Assembly (NCBI GenBank): GCA_903901045.1
Contig: CAIUPP010000147.1
Span: 1-22,635, forward strand
Length of the DNA: 22,635 nt
Source: an uncultured Planctomycetota bacterium
Lineage (GTDB): Bacteria; Planctomycetota; Brocadiia; CAIUPP01
Direction: 5' to 3'
The notes under the pieces were generated by a model, which saw only the letters and a list, made by a program, of their open reading frames with translations, did not search any database and had not been told where the DNA came from. The translations under genes and the position numbers were made by a program. Within the stretch, counting starts at the first letter, position 1; every line of letters begins with the position of its first letter. Shown here in pieces: positions 7,621 to 14,679 of this stretch.

Positions 7621-7868
7621 TTCTTTGCGGCAGCCCGATGACTGGGGCGCGGCATTGAATCGGCCGTCATCGCGAGAGAGCGCCGCGGAGAACCGTGTTG
7701 GCGCACAGCGGGCCGGTGGCGCGAACGTGGCGATCTTCATGTTGATCAACTCGCGCGCAGACAGGGCTGTCTGTCCGCGCCGAGGGGGGGGCGGAAGATT
7801 GCCGCAGTCGGCGCGACTGCCGGAGAGACCGCTCGACCTTCCGTGGCGCGCCTCCTTCGCAATGACCA
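7621..7868 (+). mobile_element. gamma-family TIR-bounded repeat, copy R2
   Basis: It shares the 5' block TTTGCGGCAGCC..GGCATTGAATC..GTCATCGCGAG, the central stem GGCGATCTTC / GGAAGATTGCCGC and the 3' terminus GCGCGCCTCCTTCGCAATGAC with R1. There is a ~40-bp internal deletion relative to R1. Confidence 0.6.
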
Positions 7869-7952
7869 TCCACCGCCCTCGCCTGTGGGTTTTGAAAAAG
7901 CCTCGCTCCGTTCAAACCATCGTGACAGCGTGTCGTTCTTTCCGCGGTCGAG

Positions 7953-7997
7953 GTGGGGACACAAAACTTTCCTTTGGAAAGTATTGTGTCCCCACCG
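7953..7997. terminator. strong hairpin (21-bp stem GGTGGGGACACAAAACTTTCC / GGAAAGTATTGTGTCCCCACC, 3-nt loop) downstream of the GH114 gene and R2
   Basis: The inverted repeat has one mismatch. No T-run follows, so it may be a repeat element or an RNA-stability hairpin rather than an intrinsic terminator. Confidence 0.4.
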
Positions 7998-8176
7998 GCC
8001 CCTAGAACGCCCACCCCCTCCGCGCTCGCCGAAAACCCTTGACGTTGCGGCAGTGTCGTGTCTATACTCTCGGGCAATGCGGCAAACAAAGGGCAAGGGT
8101 GTGCTTCTTGGCCACCGGAATTGAATGGAGGCTGAGGCGCAACGGCCTGGGAGATTTCAGGAGGGAGGGGCGGCGT

Positions 8177-8974
8177 ATGAAGATACATATCGTCTTACTT
8201 TGGGTCCTTGGCGTATGCTGCGCCGCCAGCGCGCAGCCGGCGGCTTCCGTCAATCCCGCCGGATATAGCTATGAAGTCTCAAAGGTTCGTACGGCATCCG
8301 ATGTGTGCCTTCACCTCGGGTCGAACCAGAATAAGAGCACGTACTCCGTCGAGTTCAGCGGGGACTTCAAGGTCGTCAAGGATGCGGACGTGGTCGCAGT
8401 CGAGCAGAGCTTCGTGCCGCTGGAGGCGCCGGGCGCCAAGGGAAACAACCTCTACAACATGAACTCCCGCAAGTCGGGGGCCCCGCGGTACACGGCGGTC
8501 CATACGCGAGTCGCGCAGATGGGCCTCCCGCGCACCGAGCTTCTGGCCAATGCCTTCCTGATCGACAAGATGCGCGTTCAGGCCGAGGTGGTCATAGCGA
8601 AGAAACGCGAGGAGAAGGTCTTCGCGGTGCGCGGGATGGAGGACTTTGAAAGGGTGGCCGACGGGCTCTCCATCCGCATTCGGAACATCAATATGAGCGA
8701 CAAGCGGGAGCTCACGGTGGTAGTGAAATACACCCGCACCGAGGCCGGCACGCGAATGCCGTTTCTCGAGGCGGTCTATGCGCTGGATACGCAGGGGAAG
8801 GAGATCGGCGGCGACCGCTGGGCAAGCGGGGATCCGTTTGCCACCACGGGTGAGTTGACGTACAAGTTCTATCTCAGCGGAGATCAAACGCACAAGAGCT
8901 TGCGGCTCGTTGCCGTGACCGATAATGCGGCCGAAACGGTGGCGTTCGATATCAGCGGCGCTTTCCAGAAATGA
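8177..8974 (+). CDS. hypothetical secreted protein (265 aa)
   Basis: Signal peptide MKIHIVLLWVLGVCCAASAQP. The SD GGGAGGGG lies 6 nt upstream of ATG 8177. No family recognised. The upstream extension of the ORF track was rejected. Confidence 0.6.
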   Translation: MKIHIVLLWVLGVCCAASAQPAASVNPAGYSYEVSKVRTASDVCLHLGSNQNKSTYSVEFSGDFKVVKDADVVAVEQSFVPLEAPGAKGNNLYNMNSRKSGAPRYTAVHTRVAQMGLPRTELLANAFLIDKMRVQAEVVIAKKREEKVFAVRGMEDFERVADGLSIRIRNINMSDKRELTVVVKYTRTEAGTRMPFLEAVYALDTQGKEIGGDRWASGDPFATTGELTYKFYLSGDQTHKSLRLVAVTDNAAETVAFDISGAFQK

Positions 8975-9019
8975 GCGCGCACTGGGAGCGCCGGAGGAAG
9001 CAAAGGGAGGGGAACGGAC

Positions 9020-9202
9020 ATGGAAGAGCACGAACCTGCGAAATGTGCATGCGGCCGGTTGCCCAGGGTGATTGAGAAGCGCGGATGCCACTACGTCAAG
9101 TGCAAGTGCGGCAAGTGCACGACGTTCTGGATTTCGCCGGCCCTCGCTTTGCGCGCGTGGGAGAACGGCCAGCACGGGCCGACCAACTACGATATGCGCT
9201 GA
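9020..9202 (+). CDS. Lar-family-like zinc-ribbon protein (restriction-alleviation-type small Cys-rich protein, 60 aa)
   Basis: The pattern C-x-C-G ... G-x-Y-x-x-C-x-C-G-x-C-T ... ALALRAWENGQ resembles Lar-family proteins (CxxCG, GxY, CxxCG, and AL..W-N at the C-terminus). A strong SD AAGGGAGGGG lies 7 nt upstream. Confidence 0.5.
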   Translation: MEEHEPAKCACGRLPRVIEKRGCHYVKCKCGKCTTFWISPALALRAWENGQHGPTNYDMR

Positions 9203-9372
9203 GCGCCGGCTGTGAAGGTGAAGTTCAGCCCGATGCGTTGCGCGGCTGTCCGGCCGCTGAGGGCAAAGCAATGCCTTGCCCTTCTGCTTCCTGGTTCTCG
9301 GGAGCAAGGCGACTCCTTAGTCTCGAACCTGCGCCTTATCGCGCGGATCGCAACCAATGGAAGGAAGGTGCC

Positions 9373-9867
9373 GTGCGCCGCTGGCGTCATTTGATTCTGG
9401 TGCTGCTCGCCGCGCTTATCGCCTGCGCCGTCACCTTCTTCAAGAAGTTGCCGACGGTGGACGGGACGGTGGTGGTGGTCCATGACGGCGACACCCTCAC
9501 CGTGGCGCACAATGGGGGGAAGGAGAAGGTCCGCCTGCAGGGGGTGGACTGTCCCGAGCTGGCGCAGCAGTACGGCAGGCAGGCGAAACAGTTCACGACC
9601 CGCCTCTGCCTCGGCAAGGCGGTCACCGTCAAAGTCGTCACCAAGGACCAGTATGGCCGTTCGGTGGGATACGTCACGCTGCCGGACGGCAAGAGCCTGA
9701 ACCAGGAACTGGTGCGCAACGGAATGGCCTGGTGGTACGAGCAATACGCCCGGGGCGACAGGACTCTGGAGGGGCTCCAGGAGGAGGCGCGCAAGGAGCG
9801 GCGTGGCCTGTGGGCGGAGAAGGACCCCGTCGCGCCGTGGACGTATCGGCGCAATAACGGGTACTAA
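9373..9867 (+). CDS. membrane-anchored thermonuclease (staphylococcal-nuclease-like SNase domain)
   Basis: SNase motifs DGDTLTV, VRLQGVDCPE, ...GRSVGYV, LNQELVRNGMAWWY...GLW follow an N-terminal hydrophobic helix. The start is taken at GTG 9373, preceded by GGAAGGAAGG. ATG 9271 is an alternative. Confidence 0.7.
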   Translation: MRRWRHLILVLLAALIACAVTFFKKLPTVDGTVVVVHDGDTLTVAHNGGKEKVRLQGVDCPELAQQYGRQAKQFTTRLCLGKAVTVKVVTKDQYGRSVGYVTLPDGKSLNQELVRNGMAWWYEQYARGDRTLEGLQEEARKERRGLWAEKDPVAPWTYRRNNGY

Positions 9868-9953
9868 CCCCAAAACAGATCGTGCGCGGCGTCGGGCGCA
9901 TATCACGCACCGGGCCGCGCACGATGTGCTTCATTCTGGCGAAGGTCCGCAAC
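9864..9953 (+). mobile_element. second copy of the alpha-variant terminus with a nested beta hairpin (12-bp perfect stem ATCGTGCGCGGC / GCCGCGCACGAT)
   Basis: It aligns with 6545-6627 (CTAACCCCAAAACAGATCGTGCGCGG ... CTGGCGAAGGTCCGCAACG against CTAACTACGAAACACATCGTGCGCGG ... CTTGCGAAAGGCGCGAAAG). Its first bases supply the TAA stop of the thermonuclease gene. It lies between convergent genes. Confidence 0.55.
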
Positions 9954-9969
9954 GTCCGCTTCGCCGCTG

Positions 9970-11946
9970 TCAGACCTTGGGGACGTCCCCGGGGAGCACT
10001 TCCGTCTTCTTCCCCAGGTTCTTCGTCAGCGTGGCCGCCAGCGCCTGAAACGCGCCGAGGTCGCCGCCGGCGACGAGGATATCCGGGACGATCTTGATCT
10101 TCTCTTTGGCCAGTTCCTTGGCGATGTTGACCAGGGCGGTGGGCATCTGGCCCAGCGCGTTCACCTGCGCGGTGTACGCCTCGGCGTTGGCCATACCGAT
10201 GGCGCGGGTCTTCGAGGCCTCGGCGTCGCCGGTCTGCTTGATGAAGGAAGCTTCGCCGTCGGCCTGCGCCTTGCGCGCGTTCGCGTTGTTCTGCTCGATG
10301 TTGATCGTCACCTCGGACTTGGCCAGCGAGGACTGCATGTCCGCCATTCCCTTGGCCTTCTCCGTCTGGATGCGCTGCTCCTGCGCTTCGCGCTGCTTCT
10401 GGTACGTCTGAATCTCCTGGTTCGCGATTTCGCGGTCGGTCAGCACGTGGACGATCTGCTCGGGCAGAATCACATCCTGGATGTACACTCCCTTGGTCTC
10501 GACGGCGTACTCGTCCAGTTTCCCCTTGATGTGGGCGAACGCCTCCTCCTGCACCATCTGGCGCGTCTCGATGAACTTCACCGCCGGCAGCGCCTGGAGG
10601 CGGTCGCGGAAATGGTTTCCGACGGCGGCCTGGAGCACCTCGGTCACCAGGTTCATCATCGTGCCGACCATGGAGATCACGCGCGGGGCCTTCACGTCGG
10701 GCACGTGGATCTGCACCTGCAGGTCGATCTTGAAGACGAACCCCTCGCGGCTTTTCGCCGTGATCTGCTCGAGGCGCGAGTCCAGATGATGCGCCTGCGA
10801 TTCCGCCTCCGCCCAGTTGAGCGTGAGGATGCAGGTGGGGACGATCTCCCACTGGTAGCAGTGCGGGTTAATGGGGTACTTGCCGGTGCGCAGCGGTTCC
10901 TGCCAGATGCCGCGATGCCCCGGCTTCACCAGCGCGCCGAAGCGGAACTCCTCCTCGGAAATGTCCTCCGTCGGCAATCCCACGTATGCCTTCACCACGG
11001 CCACCTCGCCCTGCTCCACGACCAGCATGAACACCTTCTCGACCTTGATCAGGAAGGGGTTCAAGTTGTAGGCGCCGTAGAGAAGCGGGTCGTGCTGCAA
11101 GCCGATCTTGCCCCCCTTGTCCAGGAACAACTGGAAGTCCTGGTAGTTGTTGTGAAGATGGTTCTTGGTGCCGAGGCAGGCTTCGATCAGGTGGTTCTCG
11201 GAATTCCCCTCCTTTTCGAGCGCCTCGACGTCGGCGAAGCCGCCGAGCCGGCTGGCGATGTCGCCCGCCGTGAGCGGCTGCCCTTCGAAGACCGTCACGA
11301 TGCCGATGGTATCGCGCATCTTGCCGCTGTTGTCCGGCAGCGCCTCGATCCGCACCACCTCCAACTGCTCCGGGTTCAACCCGAAGGATTTGCAGGTCAG
11401 CCGTCCGCTCTCGGCCATGCGCTGGATGTCCGGCGAGATCGGGACGCCGTAAACGTTCGCCTTGGTGATCACCAGGAAGCCGACGGGGTGGATCGGCGCC
11501 AGCGTGCCCGGCGCGAGCACGGGGCGCTGCACGCCCTTCTGCCCGCCGTTTTCGATGAACGCCTTGATGTCCGTGAAGCTGCCGAAGGAGGGCTTGTAGA
11601 AGGCGGATTTCGAGCCGATCGGCGGGGGCGCGCCGATCTGCGAGATCACCACGCCGATCTCACCCGCCGGCACCTGCACCCAGGGATACTTCACGACCTT
11701 ATAGACCACCCAGAACTTCCAGCGCCAGCCGGGCATCAGCAGGTCGGCCTGATAGCCGGCCTCGCCGTGGAAGCCGATCGGGCAGTCCCCCGTCAGCTTC
11801 GACCAGGAGAAGCGCTTCATCACCAGCCCGACTTCCGTCGGCCCGATGACGCGGATCGAAGGGAGTATCACGAAGAACAAAAGGAAGAAAGCGGCGGCGA
11901 ACGACCACCCGACAAACGTCACATGAAGTGTGAATTGCGCCGGCAT
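9970..11946 (-). CDS. SPFH/band-7 flotillin-family membrane protein (659 aa) with a long C-terminal coiled-coil/Ala-rich repeat region
   Basis: An N-terminal TM helix is followed by SPFH-like IRVIGPTEVGLVMKRF...PGWRWKFWVVYKV and a flotillin-type C-terminal EA-rich helical region. The SD GGAGGGG lies 5 nt upstream of the internal ATG (reverse-complement CAT 11944-11946), chosen over ORF-track start 12036. Confidence 0.75.
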   Translation of the reverse strand: MPAQFTLHVTFVGWSFAAAFFLLFFVILPSIRVIGPTEVGLVMKRFSWSKLTGDCPIGFHGEAGYQADLLMPGWRWKFWVVYKVVKYPWVQVPAGEIGVVISQIGAPPPIGSKSAFYKPSFGSFTDIKAFIENGGQKGVQRPVLAPGTLAPIHPVGFLVITKANVYGVPISPDIQRMAESGRLTCKSFGLNPEQLEVVRIEALPDNSGKMRDTIGIVTVFEGQPLTAGDIASRLGGFADVEALEKEGNSENHLIEACLGTKNHLHNNYQDFQLFLDKGGKIGLQHDPLLYGAYNLNPFLIKVEKVFMLVVEQGEVAVVKAYVGLPTEDISEEEFRFGALVKPGHRGIWQEPLRTGKYPINPHCYQWEIVPTCILTLNWAEAESQAHHLDSRLEQITAKSREGFVFKIDLQVQIHVPDVKAPRVISMVGTMMNLVTEVLQAAVGNHFRDRLQALPAVKFIETRQMVQEEAFAHIKGKLDEYAVETKGVYIQDVILPEQIVHVLTDREIANQEIQTYQKQREAQEQRIQTEKAKGMADMQSSLAKSEVTINIEQNNANARKAQADGEASFIKQTGDAEASKTRAIGMANAEAYTAQVNALGQMPTALVNIAKELAKEKIKIVPDILVAGGDLGAFQALAATLTKNLGKKTEVLPGDVPKV

Positions 11947-12048
11947 AATGCCCCTCCATTTCTGGCCAAGGTTTTGCGGATAGAACCCCACACACCCACG
12001 CTGAGGGCATTGTACATTTCCGGCGCAAAACTGCAAGGCGGCGAAGGG

Positions 12049-12147
12049 TGTTAACTACGAAATACGCGAAAGGCGCGAAAACGGGGAGAAGGTAAGAGAG
12101 GCGGGGAGGTTTCTGAGCCAATCCTTTTCGCCTCTTTCGTAGTTGAC
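12049..12147 (+). mobile_element. alpha-family ORF-less miniature element (about 100 bp) bounded by inverted termini GTTAACTACGAAA / TTTCGTAGTTGAC
   Basis: The 5' end GTTAACTACGAAATACGCGAAAGGCGCGAAAACGG is near-identical to the termini at 13076 and 13547. The 3' end is the inverted terminus. The ATG/GTG position of the full element reads ACG here. Confidence 0.7.
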
Positions 12148-12172
12148 TCTGCTCTAGAGCAGTGCCTATACT
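12143..12172 (+). promoter_or_regulatory. near-consensus sigma70-type promoter TTGACT-N18-TATACT whose -35 hexamer lies in the right terminus of the alpha mini-element; perfect 14-bp palindrome CTGCTCTAGAGCAG in the spacer
   Basis: TTGACT at 12143-12148 and TATACT at 12167-12172, read directly. This is about 48 nt upstream of GTG 12221, which has a good SD (GAGGGAGG). Confidence 0.45.
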
Positions 12173-12220
12173 TCGCGACGGTGTGGCAATGCAAGGGACA
12201 GGAGCCGAGGGAGGCTGGAA

Positions 12221-13078
12221 GTGACCGACGAAGGCATCAATTCAAATGCGCAAGATAGCGACCACCCGGCAAGCTGCCTGCTGACTCGCAGATTCCAGAA
12301 GCTTGCGGTATGGGTTGGCGTCTTGGTGGGAATCGTCGCCTTTTTTCTCTGCGTGCTACAGAGGGGGTCTCCCTCGGGCATCAGCACAATCTGGGCCGGA
12401 AGCTCCTGGGAATTGGATATCGTCACAGGGTTGCTCAGCCTCTTGCTTGCCGGCCTTGTGGGATGGCTCTTCTGGGGGATGGCGCTCGCCATTGGTGGGA
12501 TGGCATGTGATTATCGGAATGGGACGCGCCTTCAAAAGGCATTCATACTGGCTGCCATATTCGCCGGGCTCGCCTGTTTTGTGGCGTCCATGTGCCCGGT
12601 ACAACGTGGATGGCCTGTCAATGCCGGAATCGGTCTCCTCATGGGTGCGCTGGTTTGCGTGTTTGTTCTAGCCCTGGGACAGGCGGTCGATTGGGTTCTT
12701 GAAGGCTTCCGACTAGGCATGGGCTTTCGGCGACTAACAATTCCGGCGGCTATTTTCGGGGCTCTTCTGATTCTTGGCTGCATCTTTGGCGTGGAGCATA
12801 CGGGTGGCCTTGCGTTCGCAATTGCGGTTGTTTGGTGGTTGTGTGGCATCCGGCGTGACATGGCAGGGCGACTGCTGGCAAGCCGCGTCGGCTGGTTTGC
12901 GGGAATCACGGCGTGGCTGATAGTCCTGCAGGTGGTTCTGCACGGTGAAGCCCGCGCTTCCCGCGAAGCTGGATATCCCTGGATTATACTTGTCCCCATT
13001 GGCACGGGGATTATTGCGTGGATCATCACGCTGATTATCGGACAAGTCCGTGGGCGCAAGAACAGCAGCAAGCTCTAA
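12221..13078 (+). CDS. hypothetical polytopic membrane protein (285 aa), lower GC than the flanking genes
   Basis: Multiple hydrophobic helices. GTG start with SD GAGGGAGG 6 nt upstream. The stop TAA (13076-13078) is formed by the first bases of the alpha element terminus. No family recognised. Confidence 0.55.
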   Translation: MTDEGINSNAQDSDHPASCLLTRRFQKLAVWVGVLVGIVAFFLCVLQRGSPSGISTIWAGSSWELDIVTGLLSLLLAGLVGWLFWGMALAIGGMACDYRNGTRLQKAFILAAIFAGLACFVASMCPVQRGWPVNAGIGLLMGALVCVFVLALGQAVDWVLEGFRLGMGFRRLTIPAAIFGALLILGCIFGVEHTGGLAFAIAVVWWLCGIRRDMAGRLLASRVGWFAGITAWLIVLQVVLHGEARASREAGYPWIILVPIGTGIIAWIITLIIGQVRGRKNSSKL

Positions 13079-13515
13079 CTACGAAACACGCGAAAGGCGC
13101 GAAAGTGGAAGAGAGGATTATTTTTAAGGACGAGAGCTACAAAATCATCGGGGCATGCTTCGAGGTGTACAAGGAGAAGGGGAACGGCTTTTTGGAGGCG
13201 GTGTACCAGGAATGCCTGGGCATCGAGTTCGCGGCACAAGGCATCCCCTTTGCCGAAAAGCCGCGACTGCGATTGGCTTACAAGGGACAGGAACTCAGGC
13301 AGGAATATGAACCCGATTTCCTATGCTTTGACAAGATCGTCGTTGAGATCAAGGCGGTGAAGTTGCTGGCCGATGAACACCGCGCGCAGGTCATCAACTA
13401 CTTGAAGGCGACTGGGAAGCAACTGGGGCTGCTGGTTAACTTCGGCCACTATCCAAAGATCGAAATGGAGCGCTTTGTAAACCAGCCTCTTCCGCGCGCA
13501 TCGCATGCTCTATAG
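13076..13515 (+). mobile_element. alpha-family element carrying a GxxExxY gene (left terminus TAACTACGAAACACGCGAAAGGCGCGAAA immediately followed by the ORF); the right terminus is replaced by the adjacent derivative copy
   Basis: The left terminus matches the other copies. The gene's start codon lies directly after GCGCGAAA (GTG here, ATG in the derivative at 13547, ACG in the mini copy at 12049). Confidence 0.6.
13105..13515 (+). CDS. GxxExxY-family protein (PD-(D/E)xK nuclease-like fold, 136 aa)
   Basis: ESYKIIGACFEVYKEKGNGFLEAVYQECL contains the GxxExxY signature (GFLEAVY). The length and the remaining conserved pattern (LRLAYKG...EPDF...VVEIKAVK...QVINYLKATG...LLVNFG) fit the family. The GTG start is as described for the carrying element. 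Confidence 0.7.
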   Translation: MEERIIFKDESYKIIGACFEVYKEKGNGFLEAVYQECLGIEFAAQGIPFAEKPRLRLAYKGQELRQEYEPDFLCFDKIVVEIKAVKLLADEHRAQVINYLKATGKQLGLLVNFGHYPKIEMERFVNQPLPRASHAL

Positions 13516-13546
13516 GTGGGTGCGCCCACTAAGGCAACGCCGGATT

Positions 13547-13700
13547 TTAACTACGAAACACGCGAAAGGCGCGAAAATGGAGGAGTGGGGAAGTTTCAAG
13601 AAGGATATTGGGGACGTGTCAGGGCGGCATGCGAAGATTGAGTGGGAACGTTTTGAACACCAATCTCTTTCGCGTATTTCGCGTGTTTCGTAGTTAACAC
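13547..13700 (+). mobile_element. alpha-family internally deleted derivative (about 155 bp) with both terminal inverted repeats and remnants of the GxxExxY N- and C-termini
   Basis: The 5' end TTAACTACGAAACACGCGAAAGGCGCGAAAATGGAGGAG and the 3' end CTTTCGCGTATTTCGCGTGTTTCGTAGTTAA (its reverse complement) are about 25-bp TIRs. The internal translation MEEWGSFKKD...KIEWERFEHQ parallels VEERIIFKDE...KIEMERFVNQ of the intact gene. The element ends 8 nt from the stop of the acetyltransferase gene. Confidence 0.7.
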
Positions 13701-13707
13701 CCGTTGT

Positions 13708-14388
13708 TCACTTGTTCCGTCTGCGCAGGAACCTTGCCGGGACGCCGGCGGCGACGCAGCCGGGGGGCACGTCCTGGGTGACGACGGAGCCGGAGATGAT
13801 GATCGCGCCCAGGCCGATGCGCCGTCCGGAGAGCACCACCACGCCATCGCCGATGTACGCCCCCTCCTCGATGCGGCAATCCGCGCCGATGTTCGCCCCC
13901 GCGCCGACCGTCACGTGCGCGGCGACCTGGCTGTCGCGGTCGATCAGCGTCCCCATCCCGATCAGGCAATTTTCCTGCAGCGTCGCCCCCACTCCCAGCA
14001 GCGCGCGCGCGCCGATGACGCAGCCGCGGCCCAGCGTCGCCTCCTGCAGCACCGTCGCCGTCGGGTGCACCAGCACCACCGGCTTCAGTCCCGCTTCCTG
14101 GCAGGCGTGGAACAGCCGTTTGCGCGCCGCCGTGGCGCCGGAGACCAGCACGAACTCGCGGATCCCCATGCGCTTGAGCCGGGGCAGTTCCTGCTGTCCT
14201 TCCAGTTTCACCACCGGCAGTCCGGCCCAGGAGTCCCCGCGGAATTTTCCCTGCGGGTCGACGAAACAGACGACATCGCGGCCGTTGGCCCGGAAGTTTT
14301 CCAGGATCATTCGGCCGGAGGAGGTTGGGCCCAGTATGCAGACGCTGCCGCTCCCGTGGCGGCCGGAGATCAAGCGATGCAGTTTCAC
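13708..14388 (-). CDS. NeuD/PglD-family sugar N-/O-acyltransferase (N-terminal Rossmann-like domain plus left-handed beta-helix hexapeptide repeats)
   Basis: CILGPTSSGRMILENFRANGRDVVCFVD (nucleotide-binding-like N-domain) is followed by hexapeptide repeats (IGARALLGVGATLQENCLIGMGTLI...VGAGANIGADCRIEEGAYIGDGVVV). The start is taken at GTG (reverse-complement CAC 14386-14388) with SD AAGGAG 8 nt upstream. The longer ORF-track N-terminus looks non-coding. Confidence 0.65.
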   Translation of the reverse strand: MKLHRLISGRHGSGSVCILGPTSSGRMILENFRANGRDVVCFVDPQGKFRGDSWAGLPVVKLEGQQELPRLKRMGIREFVLVSGATAARKRLFHACQEAGLKPVVLVHPTATVLQEATLGRGCVIGARALLGVGATLQENCLIGMGTLIDRDSQVAAHVTVGAGANIGADCRIEEGAYIGDGVVVLSGRRIGLGAIIISGSVVTQDVPPGCVAAGVPARFLRRRNK

Positions 14389-14643
14389 TTCAGCGACTCC
14401 TTGCGGGCGCGCCGAGTTGCGCGCACTGAGATTATGATAGCAGCGGCGACGGAGTGTTTCAAGTAGAGGGGCGTTGGCGGTCGAGGCAGACGAAGTGGCG
14501 CGGGTTATCCAACCCGCGATCATGGTGCATTCCTTCCGCTTTCCTCCTCTCGCGGGCCGATGGCCCGCGACGCGGACTGGATAGTCCGCGCCACTTACGA
14601 CGGCCGCGCCACAGCCCCTGTGATTGGCCGACTGCCGCACAAG

Positions 14644-14672
14644 TTGACTGTCTTCTCAGCCCCTCCTATAAT
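14644..14672 (+). promoter_or_regulatory. consensus sigma70-type promoter TTGACT-N17-TATAAT placed to give a leaderless argB mRNA
   Basis: TTGACT at 14644-14649, a 17-bp spacer, and TATAAT at 14667-14672. The ATG at 14680 is only 7 nt after the -10 and has no SD, so the predicted TSS is at or within 1 nt of the A of the start codon. Confidence 0.55.
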
Positions 14673-14679
14673 CGGCGCC

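Noticed and set aside
7953-7997. tRNA or other structured ncRNA at the strong hairpin
   Set aside because: It is a single long perfect stem-loop with no cloverleaf potential and no conserved tRNA features. It is better explained as a terminator or repeat hairpin.
9674-10852. 392-aa ORF on the minus strand
   Set aside because: Extremely R/P/G/A-rich low-complexity translation. It overlaps the 3' end of the SPFH gene out of frame and the beta hairpin. A GC-frame artefact.
10447-12054. 535-aa ORF on the plus strand
   Set aside because: It is antisense to the SPFH/flotillin gene. Same high-GC artefact pattern (R/A/G/D-rich, no motifs).
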